Source of the DNA: Pyrodictium occultum | GTDB taxonomy: Archaea > Thermoproteota > Thermoprotei_A > Sulfolobales > Pyrodictiaceae | Assembly (NCBI RefSeq): GCF_001462395.1 | Contig: NZ_LNTB01000002.1 | Coordinates: 88,480 to 120,479, forward strand | DNA length: 32,000 bases | Direction of reading: 5' to 3' | Shown here: piece after piece, positions 15,422-22,870 of the stretch | How positions within the stretch are numbered: the first letter of the stretch is position 1 | Layout: every line of letters starts with the position of its first letter | The notes under the pieces: model-generated | The model's input: only the letters and a program-made list of their open reading frames with translations | What the model was told of the DNA's origin: nothing | Databases searched by the model: none | Made by a program: the position numbers and the translations under genes

Positions 15422-16797
15422 GGGATGCGGGAGGGGTGCCGCGCCGCCTATTCCTCCTGGGGCTCGACTCGATGCCCCCGAGGGTCCTCTACGAGGGGAT
15501 GGACGGGGGCGGGTTCAGCTACCTCCGCCAGCTGCTGGGGGATGCGAGGCGCTACCGGCTGAGGAGCTGCCACCCGCCGATAACGGTGCCGGCCTGGATG
15601 GCCATGTTCACGGGGAGGACGCCGGGCGAGCTGGGGGTCTACGGGTTCAGGCACCGGAGGCCGGGCGAGTACGGCTACTACATAGTCGACGGCACGAGGA
15701 TACGACACCCGGCCCTATGGGACCTGGCGGGCCGCAGGGGGCTCCGGGCGGGCGTGTACGGCGTGCCCCCCACCTACCCGCCCCGCCCGGTCCACGGGTT
15801 CCTGGTCACCGACTTCACCACCCCGGGGCCGGAGAAGCCCTACACCTTCCCGCCCTGGCTCCGCCGCGAGCTGGAGCAGGCCGCCGGGGGGCCTCCAGTG
15901 TTCGACATAGTGTACCGGAGCGGCGAGAAGGACAGGGTGGCCAGGGACCTCTACGCGATGCTGGAGAGCCACCAGCGGCAGGTGGAGTACCTGGCGCTGA
16001 GGAAGCGCTGGGACCTATTCATATATGTGGAGATAGCCGTCGACAGGGCGCACCACGCCTTCTGGAGGTACTTCGACCCCGAGCACCCCCGGCACGAGGA
16101 GCACCCGGTGTACAGCAGGGTGATCCCCGAGCTCTACAGGAGGATAGACAGGTGGTTCGAGAGGCTCCACCGGAGGCTCCCGCGGGACACGGTGGTGGTT
16201 GTGGCGAGCGACCACGGCATCAAGGCTATGAGGGGCGCGTTCGCGGTCAACCAGTGGCTGGCCGAGCAGGGCTACCTCCGGCTGCGCGCCAGCCCCGGGG
16301 AGCTGAAGCCCGGCACGGAGCTCTCCGAGGACCTGGTGGACTGGGAGCACACGGTCGCCTGGGCCTGGGGAGGCTACTACAGCCGCGTGTTCATCAACCT
16401 ACGGGGCAGGGAGAAGAGGGGCGCGGTGGAGCCCAAGTACTACGAGGAGACGGTCGAGCAGCTCCGGAGGGACCTCGAGAGGATAAGGGGGCCGGGCGGC
16501 GAGCACTGGAGGAACACTGCCCTGCGCCCCGAGGAGGTCTACCCGGAGGTCAACGGGGACCCGCCGGACCTCATGCTCTACCTGGACGACCTCAACTGGA
16601 GGCCGGCGGGCACCCTGGGCTGGCCCAGCCCCTACCTGGAGGAGAACGACCGCGGCCCCGACGACGCCGTCCACGACTGGATCGGGGTGTTCGCTGTCTA
16701 CGACCCCGAGGGCACTGTGAGCCCCGGCGAGGCGGGGGTGATTGATATACACGGGGTGCGCGGCCTGCTGGAAGAGATAATATTCTCCAGGCGGTGA
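15418..16797 (+). CDS. Alkaline-phosphatase-superfamily enzyme, type I phosphodiesterase/nucleotide pyrophosphatase (NPP) family
   Basis: LFLLGLDS (metal-binding Asp), PPITVPAWMAMFTGRTPGELGVYGF (Thr nucleophile context) and VVVASDHG (DHG metal site). GTG 15418 overlaps the sat TGA (GTGA); an alternative start is GTG 15436. The ORF-track start at 15160 lies inside sat and is rejected. Confidence 0.75.
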   Translation: MRDAGGVPRRLFLLGLDSMPPRVLYEGMDGGGFSYLRQLLGDARRYRLRSCHPPITVPAWMAMFTGRTPGELGVYGFRHRRPGEYGYYIVDGTRIRHPALWDLAGRRGLRAGVYGVPPTYPPRPVHGFLVTDFTTPGPEKPYTFPPWLRRELEQAAGGPPVFDIVYRSGEKDRVARDLYAMLESHQRQVEYLALRKRWDLFIYVEIAVDRAHHAFWRYFDPEHPRHEEHPVYSRVIPELYRRIDRWFERLHRRLPRDTVVVVASDHGIKAMRGAFAVNQWLAEQGYLRLRASPGELKPGTELSEDLVDWEHTVAWAWGGYYSRVFINLRGREKRGAVEPKYYEETVEQLRRDLERIRGPGGEHWRNTALRPEEVYPEVNGDPPDLMLYLDDLNWRPAGTLGWPSPYLEENDRGPDDAVHDWIGVFAVYDPEGTVSPGEAGVIDIHGVRGLLEEIIFSRR

Positions 16798-16819
16798 GGC
16801 CCCCGGAGGGGTGGAGAGC

Positions 16820-17028
16820 ATGGGGGACAAGGTCTCCATAGAGATAAGCAGGGAGCTGTACGAGAAGGCCCGGAGGTTCATAGAGGAGCAGGGGGCTTCA
16901 GCAGCGTGGAGGAGCTGGTGGAGTTCCTGCTCCGCGAGGCCCTCGAGACCGGCGGGGAGGAGGAGGGGATGAGCAGGGAGGACGAGGAGCGGGTCAGGGA
17001 GAGGCTCCGCTCCCTGGGCTACCTCTAG
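16820..17028 (+). pseudogene. Second ribbon-helix-helix paralogue, frameshifted in a G5 tract (16891-16895); absent from the ORF track
   Basis: GGAGG/GGTGGAG SD precedes ATG 16820. The N-terminal frame gives MGDKVSIEISRELYEKARRFIEEQG. After the G5 run the -1 frame gives GFSSVEELVEFLLREALETGGEEEGMSREDEERVRERLRSLGYL, ending at TAG 17026-17028. This is colinear with the 13989 RHH protein (GFTSVSQFVTYVLREVV...ERLRRLGYL). One extra G restores a ~70-aa ORF. Confidence 0.7.
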
Positions 17029-17647
17029 CCCCCTCTCCCAGGGCCTCCAGTATCCTCGCGGCCAGCCTCTCCGCGTTCTCCTCCACAGTATTCCTCACCG
17101 TGTCGAGCACCAGGTCGGGGTTCTCGGGGGGCTCGTAGGGGTCGCTCACGCCGGTGAAGTGGCTTATCTCCCCGCGGAGGGCGCGGCGGTAGAGCCCCTT
17201 AGGGTCCCTCCTGATGCACTCCTCGAGGGGAGCGTGGACGTAGACCTCGAGGAAGGGGGCCTCCTCCTCGACTATCCTGCGGACCTCCCTCCTCACGTCG
17301 CGGTAGGGGGAGACGAAGCTGCAGACCACTATCACCCCATTCCGGGCCAGGAGCCGGGCTATCCAGGCGACGCGGAGGAGGTGGCGCCGCCTCTCCTCCC
17401 GCGTGTAGCCCGCGTCCGGGTTGATGGTCTTCCTCACCCAGTCCCCGTCCAGGACCTCGACACGGTAGCCCAGGGAGCGTAGCCTCTTAGCGGTAGCCAG
17501 GGCTATCGTGGTCTTGCCGCTCGCGGGGAGCCCGGTGAGCCACGCGACAACCCCGCGCTCCAGGCAGCGCATCCCCAGCCACCCTCCCAGCCCCGCGGGC
17601 CCCACGAGCTGGATAAGCCTCGCGCCCACAGCAAGGAGCCAGGCCAC
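16994..17647 (-). CDS. cysC: Adenylylsulfate (APS) kinase
   Basis: LTGLPASGKTT (P-loop), LDGDWVR, CSFVSPY, RDPKGLYRRA and FTGVSDPYEPP. The likely true start is ATG 17572 (MRCLERGVVAWLTG). Its 3' end overlaps the convergent RHH paralogue by ~35 nt. Confidence 0.9.
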   Translation of the reverse strand: MAWLLAVGARLIQLVGPAGLGGWLGMRCLERGVVAWLTGLPASGKTTIALATAKRLRSLGYRVEVLDGDWVRKTINPDAGYTREERRRHLLRVAWIARLLARNGVIVVCSFVSPYRDVRREVRRIVEEEAPFLEVYVHAPLEECIRRDPKGLYRRALRGEISHFTGVSDPYEPPENPDLVLDTVRNTVEENAERLAARILEALGEGARGSPGSGASP

Positions 17648-17803
17648 AATAAGCCGGAGAGGTGATGGGGGGCAGCAGGGAGAGCTGGCATCCAGCCTCC
17701 GGCTCCGCCCCTCGGCGCAGGCCTTGGCGCCGCTCGCCCACCGGGCGCTCGGGTGGGGGCTTCTCCGCTCTTGCTGGCCGAGATGGGCTCCAAGCCATTA
17801 TAG

Positions 17804-18820
17804 ATGGCGTGGGTGATGTATAGCCCTGCATCCCCGGGGGGCTGTGGGTGTGGCCTGGGCTTGGCCGTGCTAGTCACGGGCGGCGCTGGGTTCGTCGGGA
17901 GGCATGTAGTGGGGCTGCTGCTCGAGAGGGGCTACGAGGCTGTTGTGGTGGACAACCTCTACTCCCCGGGCTCGGCTGGGGCCGCCATGCGCCTCCGCTG
18001 GCTGGGTGCGCGGGTTGTCTGGGGTGACGTCTCCCGCTGGGAGACCCTGCTCCACGCCGTGGGGGAGGCTGGGCTGGGGCGGGGCGACGTCGAGGCCGTG
18101 GTCCACCTGGCCGCGGTGGTGGGCGTCGAGGAGGCATGGGGGAGGCCGCGGCTGGCGCTGGAGGTGAACGTAGAGGGTACGCTGAACGTGCTGGAGCTGG
18201 CCCGGCTCCTCGACGCGGAGAGGATTGTCTACGCCAGCAGCGCGGCGGTCTACGGGGAGCCCAGGTACCTCCCCATCGACGAGAACCATCCCCTGGAGCC
18301 GGTCAGCCTCTACGGCTGGTCGAAGCTCGCCGGGGAGACCCTGCTCTGGCAGTACCAGCGGGCCTACGGGCTCAGGCCGGCCGCGCTCCGCCTGTTCAAC
18401 GTCTACGGGCCCGGGATGAGGCCGGGCCCCTACGCGGGCGTGGTGTACAGGTTCATAGAGGCGCTTCTCCGCGGGGAGCCGCCGGTGGTCTACGGCGACG
18501 GCGAGCAGACCCGGGACCTCGTCTACGTGGGGGACGTGGCTGAGGCCATGCTCCGGGCGGTAGAGGCGGGCTACACGGGCCCAGCCAACATAGGCACCGG
18601 GAGGGAGACCAGCATAAACCAGCTCTACAGGATGCTCTGCAGCCTCCTGGGCGGGGGCTGCCCGGAGCCGCTCCACAAGCCCCCGAGGCCGGGGGATGTT
18701 AGGAGGAGCGTAGCCTCAATCAGGCTGGCGGAGGAGAAGCTCGGCTGGAAGCCCAGGACAGGCCTGGAGCAAGGCCTAAGGGAGACGATCAAGTACTATA
18801 GGGGGCGCGTAGAGCCGTAG
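17804..18820 (+). CDS. NAD-dependent sugar epimerase (GalE-like extended SDR)
   Basis: VLVTGGAGFVGRH, YASSAAVYGEP, YGWSKLAGE (YxxxK), FNVYGPG and GDGEQTRDLVYVGDVA. The likely start is further in, TTG 17858 or GTG 17864. Confidence 0.8.
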   Translation: MAWVMYSPASPGGCGCGLGLAVLVTGGAGFVGRHVVGLLLERGYEAVVVDNLYSPGSAGAAMRLRWLGARVVWGDVSRWETLLHAVGEAGLGRGDVEAVVHLAAVVGVEEAWGRPRLALEVNVEGTLNVLELARLLDAERIVYASSAAVYGEPRYLPIDENHPLEPVSLYGWSKLAGETLLWQYQRAYGLRPAALRLFNVYGPGMRPGPYAGVVYRFIEALLRGEPPVVYGDGEQTRDLVYVGDVAEAMLRAVEAGYTGPANIGTGRETSINQLYRMLCSLLGGGCPEPLHKPPRPGDVRRSVASIRLAEEKLGWKPRTGLEQGLRETIKYYRGRVEP

Positions 18821-18965
18821 ACAGGGCAGACGCCGGGTCGAACGAGAGTAGCCCAGCGCCGCCGGCCACCTCGAAGGACACGTGAACGTGGAGCACCCTG
18901 GCCGCCACGGTGCCTGCACCCCTGCCCGCGGGGGCCAGCCCTCACGGCTCCCCGCAGGGCCCCTC

Positions 18966-20454
18966 CTATGGCTTCAGGAGCTGTAGCCTCCGTAGCCTCC
19001 TGAATAGGCTTGTGTAGTTGGCCTTTCCGGCCGCGTTGAGCCCTGTGGCGAAGGCGTCTGCCAGAGGCCTGCCATCCGTGTCGTGGGGTAGTGGGAGCCC
19101 GAGGTACGCTAGTATGGTGGGTGTGATGTCGTAGATGGAGGCTCTCCTCTCCTCGCCGGCGGGCGGGGCGGATACCTCATCCCCCGCCAGGGCTACTAGC
19201 GCGTGCTGCTCGTGGACGCCCATATACCCCTTGTGGAGCGGCTCTGCATGTATGTTCGCGTCGAAGAACACGTCGGGCCCCGGTATGAGGAGTAGGCTGG
19301 GCGCCCTCTCCACGTAGGGCCCCCAGAAGACCTCGTCCCGCGAGGCTATGCCCCGTATCTGGCTGATGCCCTGCAGTGCCTGGCGCACGGCGCCGCAGTA
19401 GCCCCTCCTCACGTACACCCCCAGGTTGCCCGTCTCGAGCATGAAGGCCCTGCTTGTGGAGTAGTTCACCTCCACCTGTAGAGGGATCAGTGGCCTTATC
19501 CTCTTCAGGAGGCTTCTCGGTATAAGCCTCCTCGCCAGCCGGAGGAGGGGGCGTATTCTGGAGCCCCGGGCGCTGCTGGGGGAGCTGCCGCTGCCCGGCT
19601 CCGTGGCGCTGTGCTCTGCCCCCCCGGGCCACGTGGTACCGGTAGTCTATCAGGCCCCTGTCTGCGAGGATGCTGTTTACACCCACGAGCACGCGTGCGA
19701 CGCGGAAGCCGTGATCGCTCGCGAGTATAAGCAGGCTGCACTCGCCGCTAGCTTTACGGACAAACCTGTCTATCATCGATGCGATCCTGTAGACTCTATG
19801 CATTTGCCTGCCCTCGACTATGTCCGGGATCCTGTGCATGAGCCAGTCGAGCTCGCTGAACACTATGACGAAGAGGCTGTAGTCCTCCTTCTCGAGCAGG
19901 TCATAGTAGATGTTTAGCCTCTTCTCGAGAAACTCCTCAACCATCTTCACATAGGAGTCTGTGTCGGCGGCCCTGCTCCACTGGTGGGGAGGCTCGACCA
20001 GGTACTCGGAGTACCTGGCCTCATAGCCTCTAGGGTGGATGAACTGCCGGGGGGAGGACCAGTCGCTGACGAGTACAAGGTTCCGGGCCGCGAGGAGCTG
20101 GGATACGGGGTAGGTTAGGGGCACGTTTATGACGACGCTCCTAAGCCCCTTCATGGCGGCTATCTCGAACACGCGCGGGTACATGACGTCGCGGGACGAT
20201 GCCACGCGGATACTGAAGCCCTCTTCGCCCTGCTCGACCACGTAGAAGCCGAATATGCCGTGCTTCCCGGGGTTCACCCCGGTGAATATGCTCGTCCAGG
20301 CGGGGGGCGTGTAGGGAGGGATCGAGGGAGCGGGGGAGGCGAAGCCCTTGCCGGCTATGCTGGATAGCGCGTTGAGCGGGATACTCTCCAGCATGGTCTT
20401 AAGGTTGCCTGGCCCGACGCCGTCGAGGCCTATTAGGCATACACGTTTAGCCAA
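18966..20454 (-). pseudogene. Second NPP-family (alkaline-phosphatase superfamily) paralogue, frameshifted in a G7 tract (plus-strand C7 at 19619-19625)
   Basis: TTG start preceded by an AGGTGGTG SD. Motifs are CLIGLDG, IPPYTPPAWTSIFTGVNPGKHGIFGF and LILASDHG. The sensible sequence ends at ...DYRYHVARGG and resumes in the frame of ORF 18966..19475 as AEHSATEPGS...VEVNYSTSRAFMLETGNLGVYV...IYDITPTILAYLGLPLPHDTDGRPL. A G6 tract (one G fewer) would give one ~495-aa ORF. Confidence 0.75.
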
Positions 20455-20606
20455 CTACACCACCTTACTGCTGGTACCGCAGCCCTCTCCGGCATTGGCT
20501 TCCAGAGGGGCGGCGGGATCGCCCAGTCCTTAAATCTGCTTCATCAAGCCCCGCCGCCGGGGGATAGCGGCTGAGGGCTCCATAGCCCCGGGGGGATGCG
20601 GCTGGG

Positions 20607-21605
20607 ATGAAGCGGCTGGTGTTCGTCGCCTGGGCGCGGCTTAGCCGGAGGACGCGCGACCTCGCCCGGGCCCTTGGGGCCGGGCTGCTGTTCCTCCGGG
20701 ATAGGCCCCCCTACATCCGCGCCTGGAGGGAGACCGCCAGGGCGCTGGAGGAGGCCAGGCCGGACGCCGTGGTCGTGCAGCTGCCGCAGGGGCCGCTGCT
20801 CCTCCGCGTGGCCACGCTGGCCGGGCGCCTCGGCTTCCGGGTCGTGGCCGACGTGCACACCGGGTTCCTCGTCTACAGCTCGCCGGCGGGGCTCCTGCTC
20901 AACCGGCCCTTCCGCGGGCTCCTCCGCCGCGCCGACCTGGTGCTGGCCCACAACGAGCCCGAGGCGAGGCTGCTGGGGAGGGCCGGGCTGCCGGGGGAGA
21001 GGGTGCTGGTGGTCTACGACCCCCTGCCCCGGCCCCCGGCTAGGCTGGAGAGGCCAGCCCTAGACCTCGGCGACGGGGGGTACATCCTCGTCCCGGCCTC
21101 CTGGGCGCCCGACGAGCCCCTGGAGCTCGTGGCCAGGGGCTTCCTCGCATCAGGGGCCCCCGGGGGCTACAGGCTCGTGGTGACCGGGGATCCGGGGAGG
21201 AGGCCGGGGCTCCACCGGAGGCTGAGGAGGCTGGCCCGGGAGAGCCGGGGCTCCATAGTGCTCACCGGCTTCCTCCCCGAGCCCCAGTACGCCTGGCTCC
21301 TCAGCCACGCCGCCGCCGTGGTGGCGGCTACGACGAGGGAGTACACGATGCTCTCGGCGGCCTGGGAGGCGGTGGCCTACCGGAAGCCCCTCCTAGCATC
21401 CGCGACGGGGACGCTGAGGGAGGTGCTGGGGCCGGGCTACCCCTGCCTCTTCCCCCCGACCGTGGAGGGGGTGGCGGAGGCCATCGACAGGTGCCTCTCC
21501 GGGGGCCCCGGGGTCGCGGAGGCAGTCGAGGAGACCCTGGAGAGGCTGAGAAGGATGTCGACGGGGAGCCTGGAGAGGCTGGCCAGGATCCTCGAGAGGC
21601 TCTAG
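20607..21605 (+). CDS. GT-B fold glycosyltransferase (divergent, GT4/GT1-like)
   Basis: 332 aa with a two-domain Rossmann-like layout. The C-terminal half reads YILVPASWAPDEP...LVVTGDPG...IVLTGFLPEPQY...AAVVAATTREYTMLSAAWEAVAYRKPLL. The assignment rests on general pattern only. Confidence 0.5.
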   Translation: MKRLVFVAWARLSRRTRDLARALGAGLLFLRDRPPYIRAWRETARALEEARPDAVVVQLPQGPLLLRVATLAGRLGFRVVADVHTGFLVYSSPAGLLLNRPFRGLLRRADLVLAHNEPEARLLGRAGLPGERVLVVYDPLPRPPARLERPALDLGDGGYILVPASWAPDEPLELVARGFLASGAPGGYRLVVTGDPGRRPGLHRRLRRLARESRGSIVLTGFLPEPQYAWLLSHAAAVVAATTREYTMLSAAWEAVAYRKPLLASATGTLREVLGPGYPCLFPPTVEGVAEAIDRCLSGGPGVAEAVEETLERLRRMSTGSLERLARILERL

Positions 21606-22861
21606 GCGTGGCGCTGCCGGCCGCCCTCCTCTAGCAGCCTTGCGGCTAGCTCCAGGTAGCTCCTCGCCACCGTTCTACGGTTGAGCCTGCTGCGCCAGAA
21701 GGAGGCTATCTCGCCTGGGTCGTACTCCCCGGCCTCCCAGCGCTGGACATCTGTCAGCAGGGCGGCGAGGAGGGCCTTCTCGCTGAAGTCGGGGGCTAGG
21801 GTCCCGGAGAAGCCTCCCCCGGTTAGGTACATGAGGCTCTCGATGGGGGTCCCCACTATGCTGCAGCCCATCGACACCGCCTCCGCGGCGGCTATGCCGA
21901 AGCTCTCCCAGTTGGAGGGCATGAAGAGTATCCTGGCCTCGCCCAGGTGCCTGACCAGCTCGCCGTGTGGGACCCGGCCGAGAACACTGATGGAGGGGGC
22001 GGGGTCCCCTCTGCAGGCCTCCGCCATGTACCTCCTGACCGTCTCCTCCCCGGGCCCTATCACCGCGGCCTCGTAGTCCGGCATGGCCCTGGCGAAGCTG
22101 CAGAGCACCCGGGCCAGGGTGCCGGTGTTCTTCGCCACGTCATGCCATCTGCCGACAGCCACTATCTTCCTCTTCTTCCTCGCCGGTATAGGGGCCCTCG
22201 CTATATCATCTGCCACGGGGTTGGGTATGAAGTGGATCTTCCCGGTTAGGTCCGGCCTGCCCCAGTACACTAGGATGTACGCCAGGTTGGCCTTGGCCTG
22301 CGGGGACTCGAGGACCAGGGCGTCGGCGGCCTCCAGGTGCGGTATTATTCTTCTGGGGAGCGTCCTCAGCCTAGCTATGGTCTTCTCGGCCAGTGCTCTC
22401 AGCGGGCCGGGCATGTGCCTCAGCAGCTTGCCGACCTTCCTGGTGCGGTAAACGCTCCTGGGGAACGCGGGGTAGCATAGCCTGCCGTCTATATCCCCCT
22501 TCACTATGACCTTCTTCCCGGCCTTCTTCAGCGCGGCTATTATGGGCAGGTAGGGTCTTCCAAGCCACGTGTAGATGATGACTACGTCGTAGGGTGTGCT
22601 GCGCCAGTACTCTGGCCGGGACGCCTCCCCCGCCTGCACGAACCTGAGCGGGATCTGCTGGTAGCCCCTGAGGCTAGGCTTCTCCACCGTTATCAGCTCT
22701 GCCTCCACGCCCAGGTCGTTCAGCCCCAGCACTATCTGCCCAGGGTCCTTGACCTCCCAGGCGGGCTCGTACCGGTCGAAGTACACACCTATCCTCACGC
22801 CGCTACTATTCAACTCCCTCCACTCTCCCGGCCGCCCCTGGGCACCCGGTGCAGGCCCCAT
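21602..22861 (-). CDS. GT4-family glycosyltransferase
   Basis: The EX7E region is MPSNWESFGIAAAEAVSMGCSIVGTP, with ILFMPS upstream. The likely start is GTG 22798 (MRIGVYFDRYEP). Its stop overlaps the stop of the convergent 20607 gene by 4 nt. Confidence 0.8.
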   Translation of the reverse strand: MGPAPGAQGRPGEWRELNSSGVRIGVYFDRYEPAWEVKDPGQIVLGLNDLGVEAELITVEKPSLRGYQQIPLRFVQAGEASRPEYWRSTPYDVVIIYTWLGRPYLPIIAALKKAGKKVIVKGDIDGRLCYPAFPRSVYRTRKVGKLLRHMPGPLRALAEKTIARLRTLPRRIIPHLEAADALVLESPQAKANLAYILVYWGRPDLTGKIHFIPNPVADDIARAPIPARKKRKIVAVGRWHDVAKNTGTLARVLCSFARAMPDYEAAVIGPGEETVRRYMAEACRGDPAPSISVLGRVPHGELVRHLGEARILFMPSNWESFGIAAAEAVSMGCSIVGTPIESLMYLTGGGFSGTLAPDFSEKALLAALLTDVQRWEAGEYDPGEIASFWRSRLNRRTVARSYLELAARLLEEGGRQRHA

Positions 22862-22870
22862 AGGGGCCGG

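Noticed and set aside
14211-17028. The C-terminal ...LGYL of both RHH proteins as a proteasome-type HbYX docking motif.
   Set aside because: The penultimate Tyr fits, but the preceding residue is Gly, not hydrophobic, and nothing else supports a proteasome link. It is recorded only as a conserved tail of unknown meaning.
15418-20454. The possibility that the two alkaline-phosphatase-superfamily proteins are sulfatases that remove sulfate from the glycan.
   Set aside because: They lack the C/S-x-P-x-R formylglycine motif of sulfatases. Instead they show the NPP-type Thr nucleophile context (P-x-T-x-P-A-W...FTG) and the DHG site. The NPP/phosphodiesterase family is the supported call.
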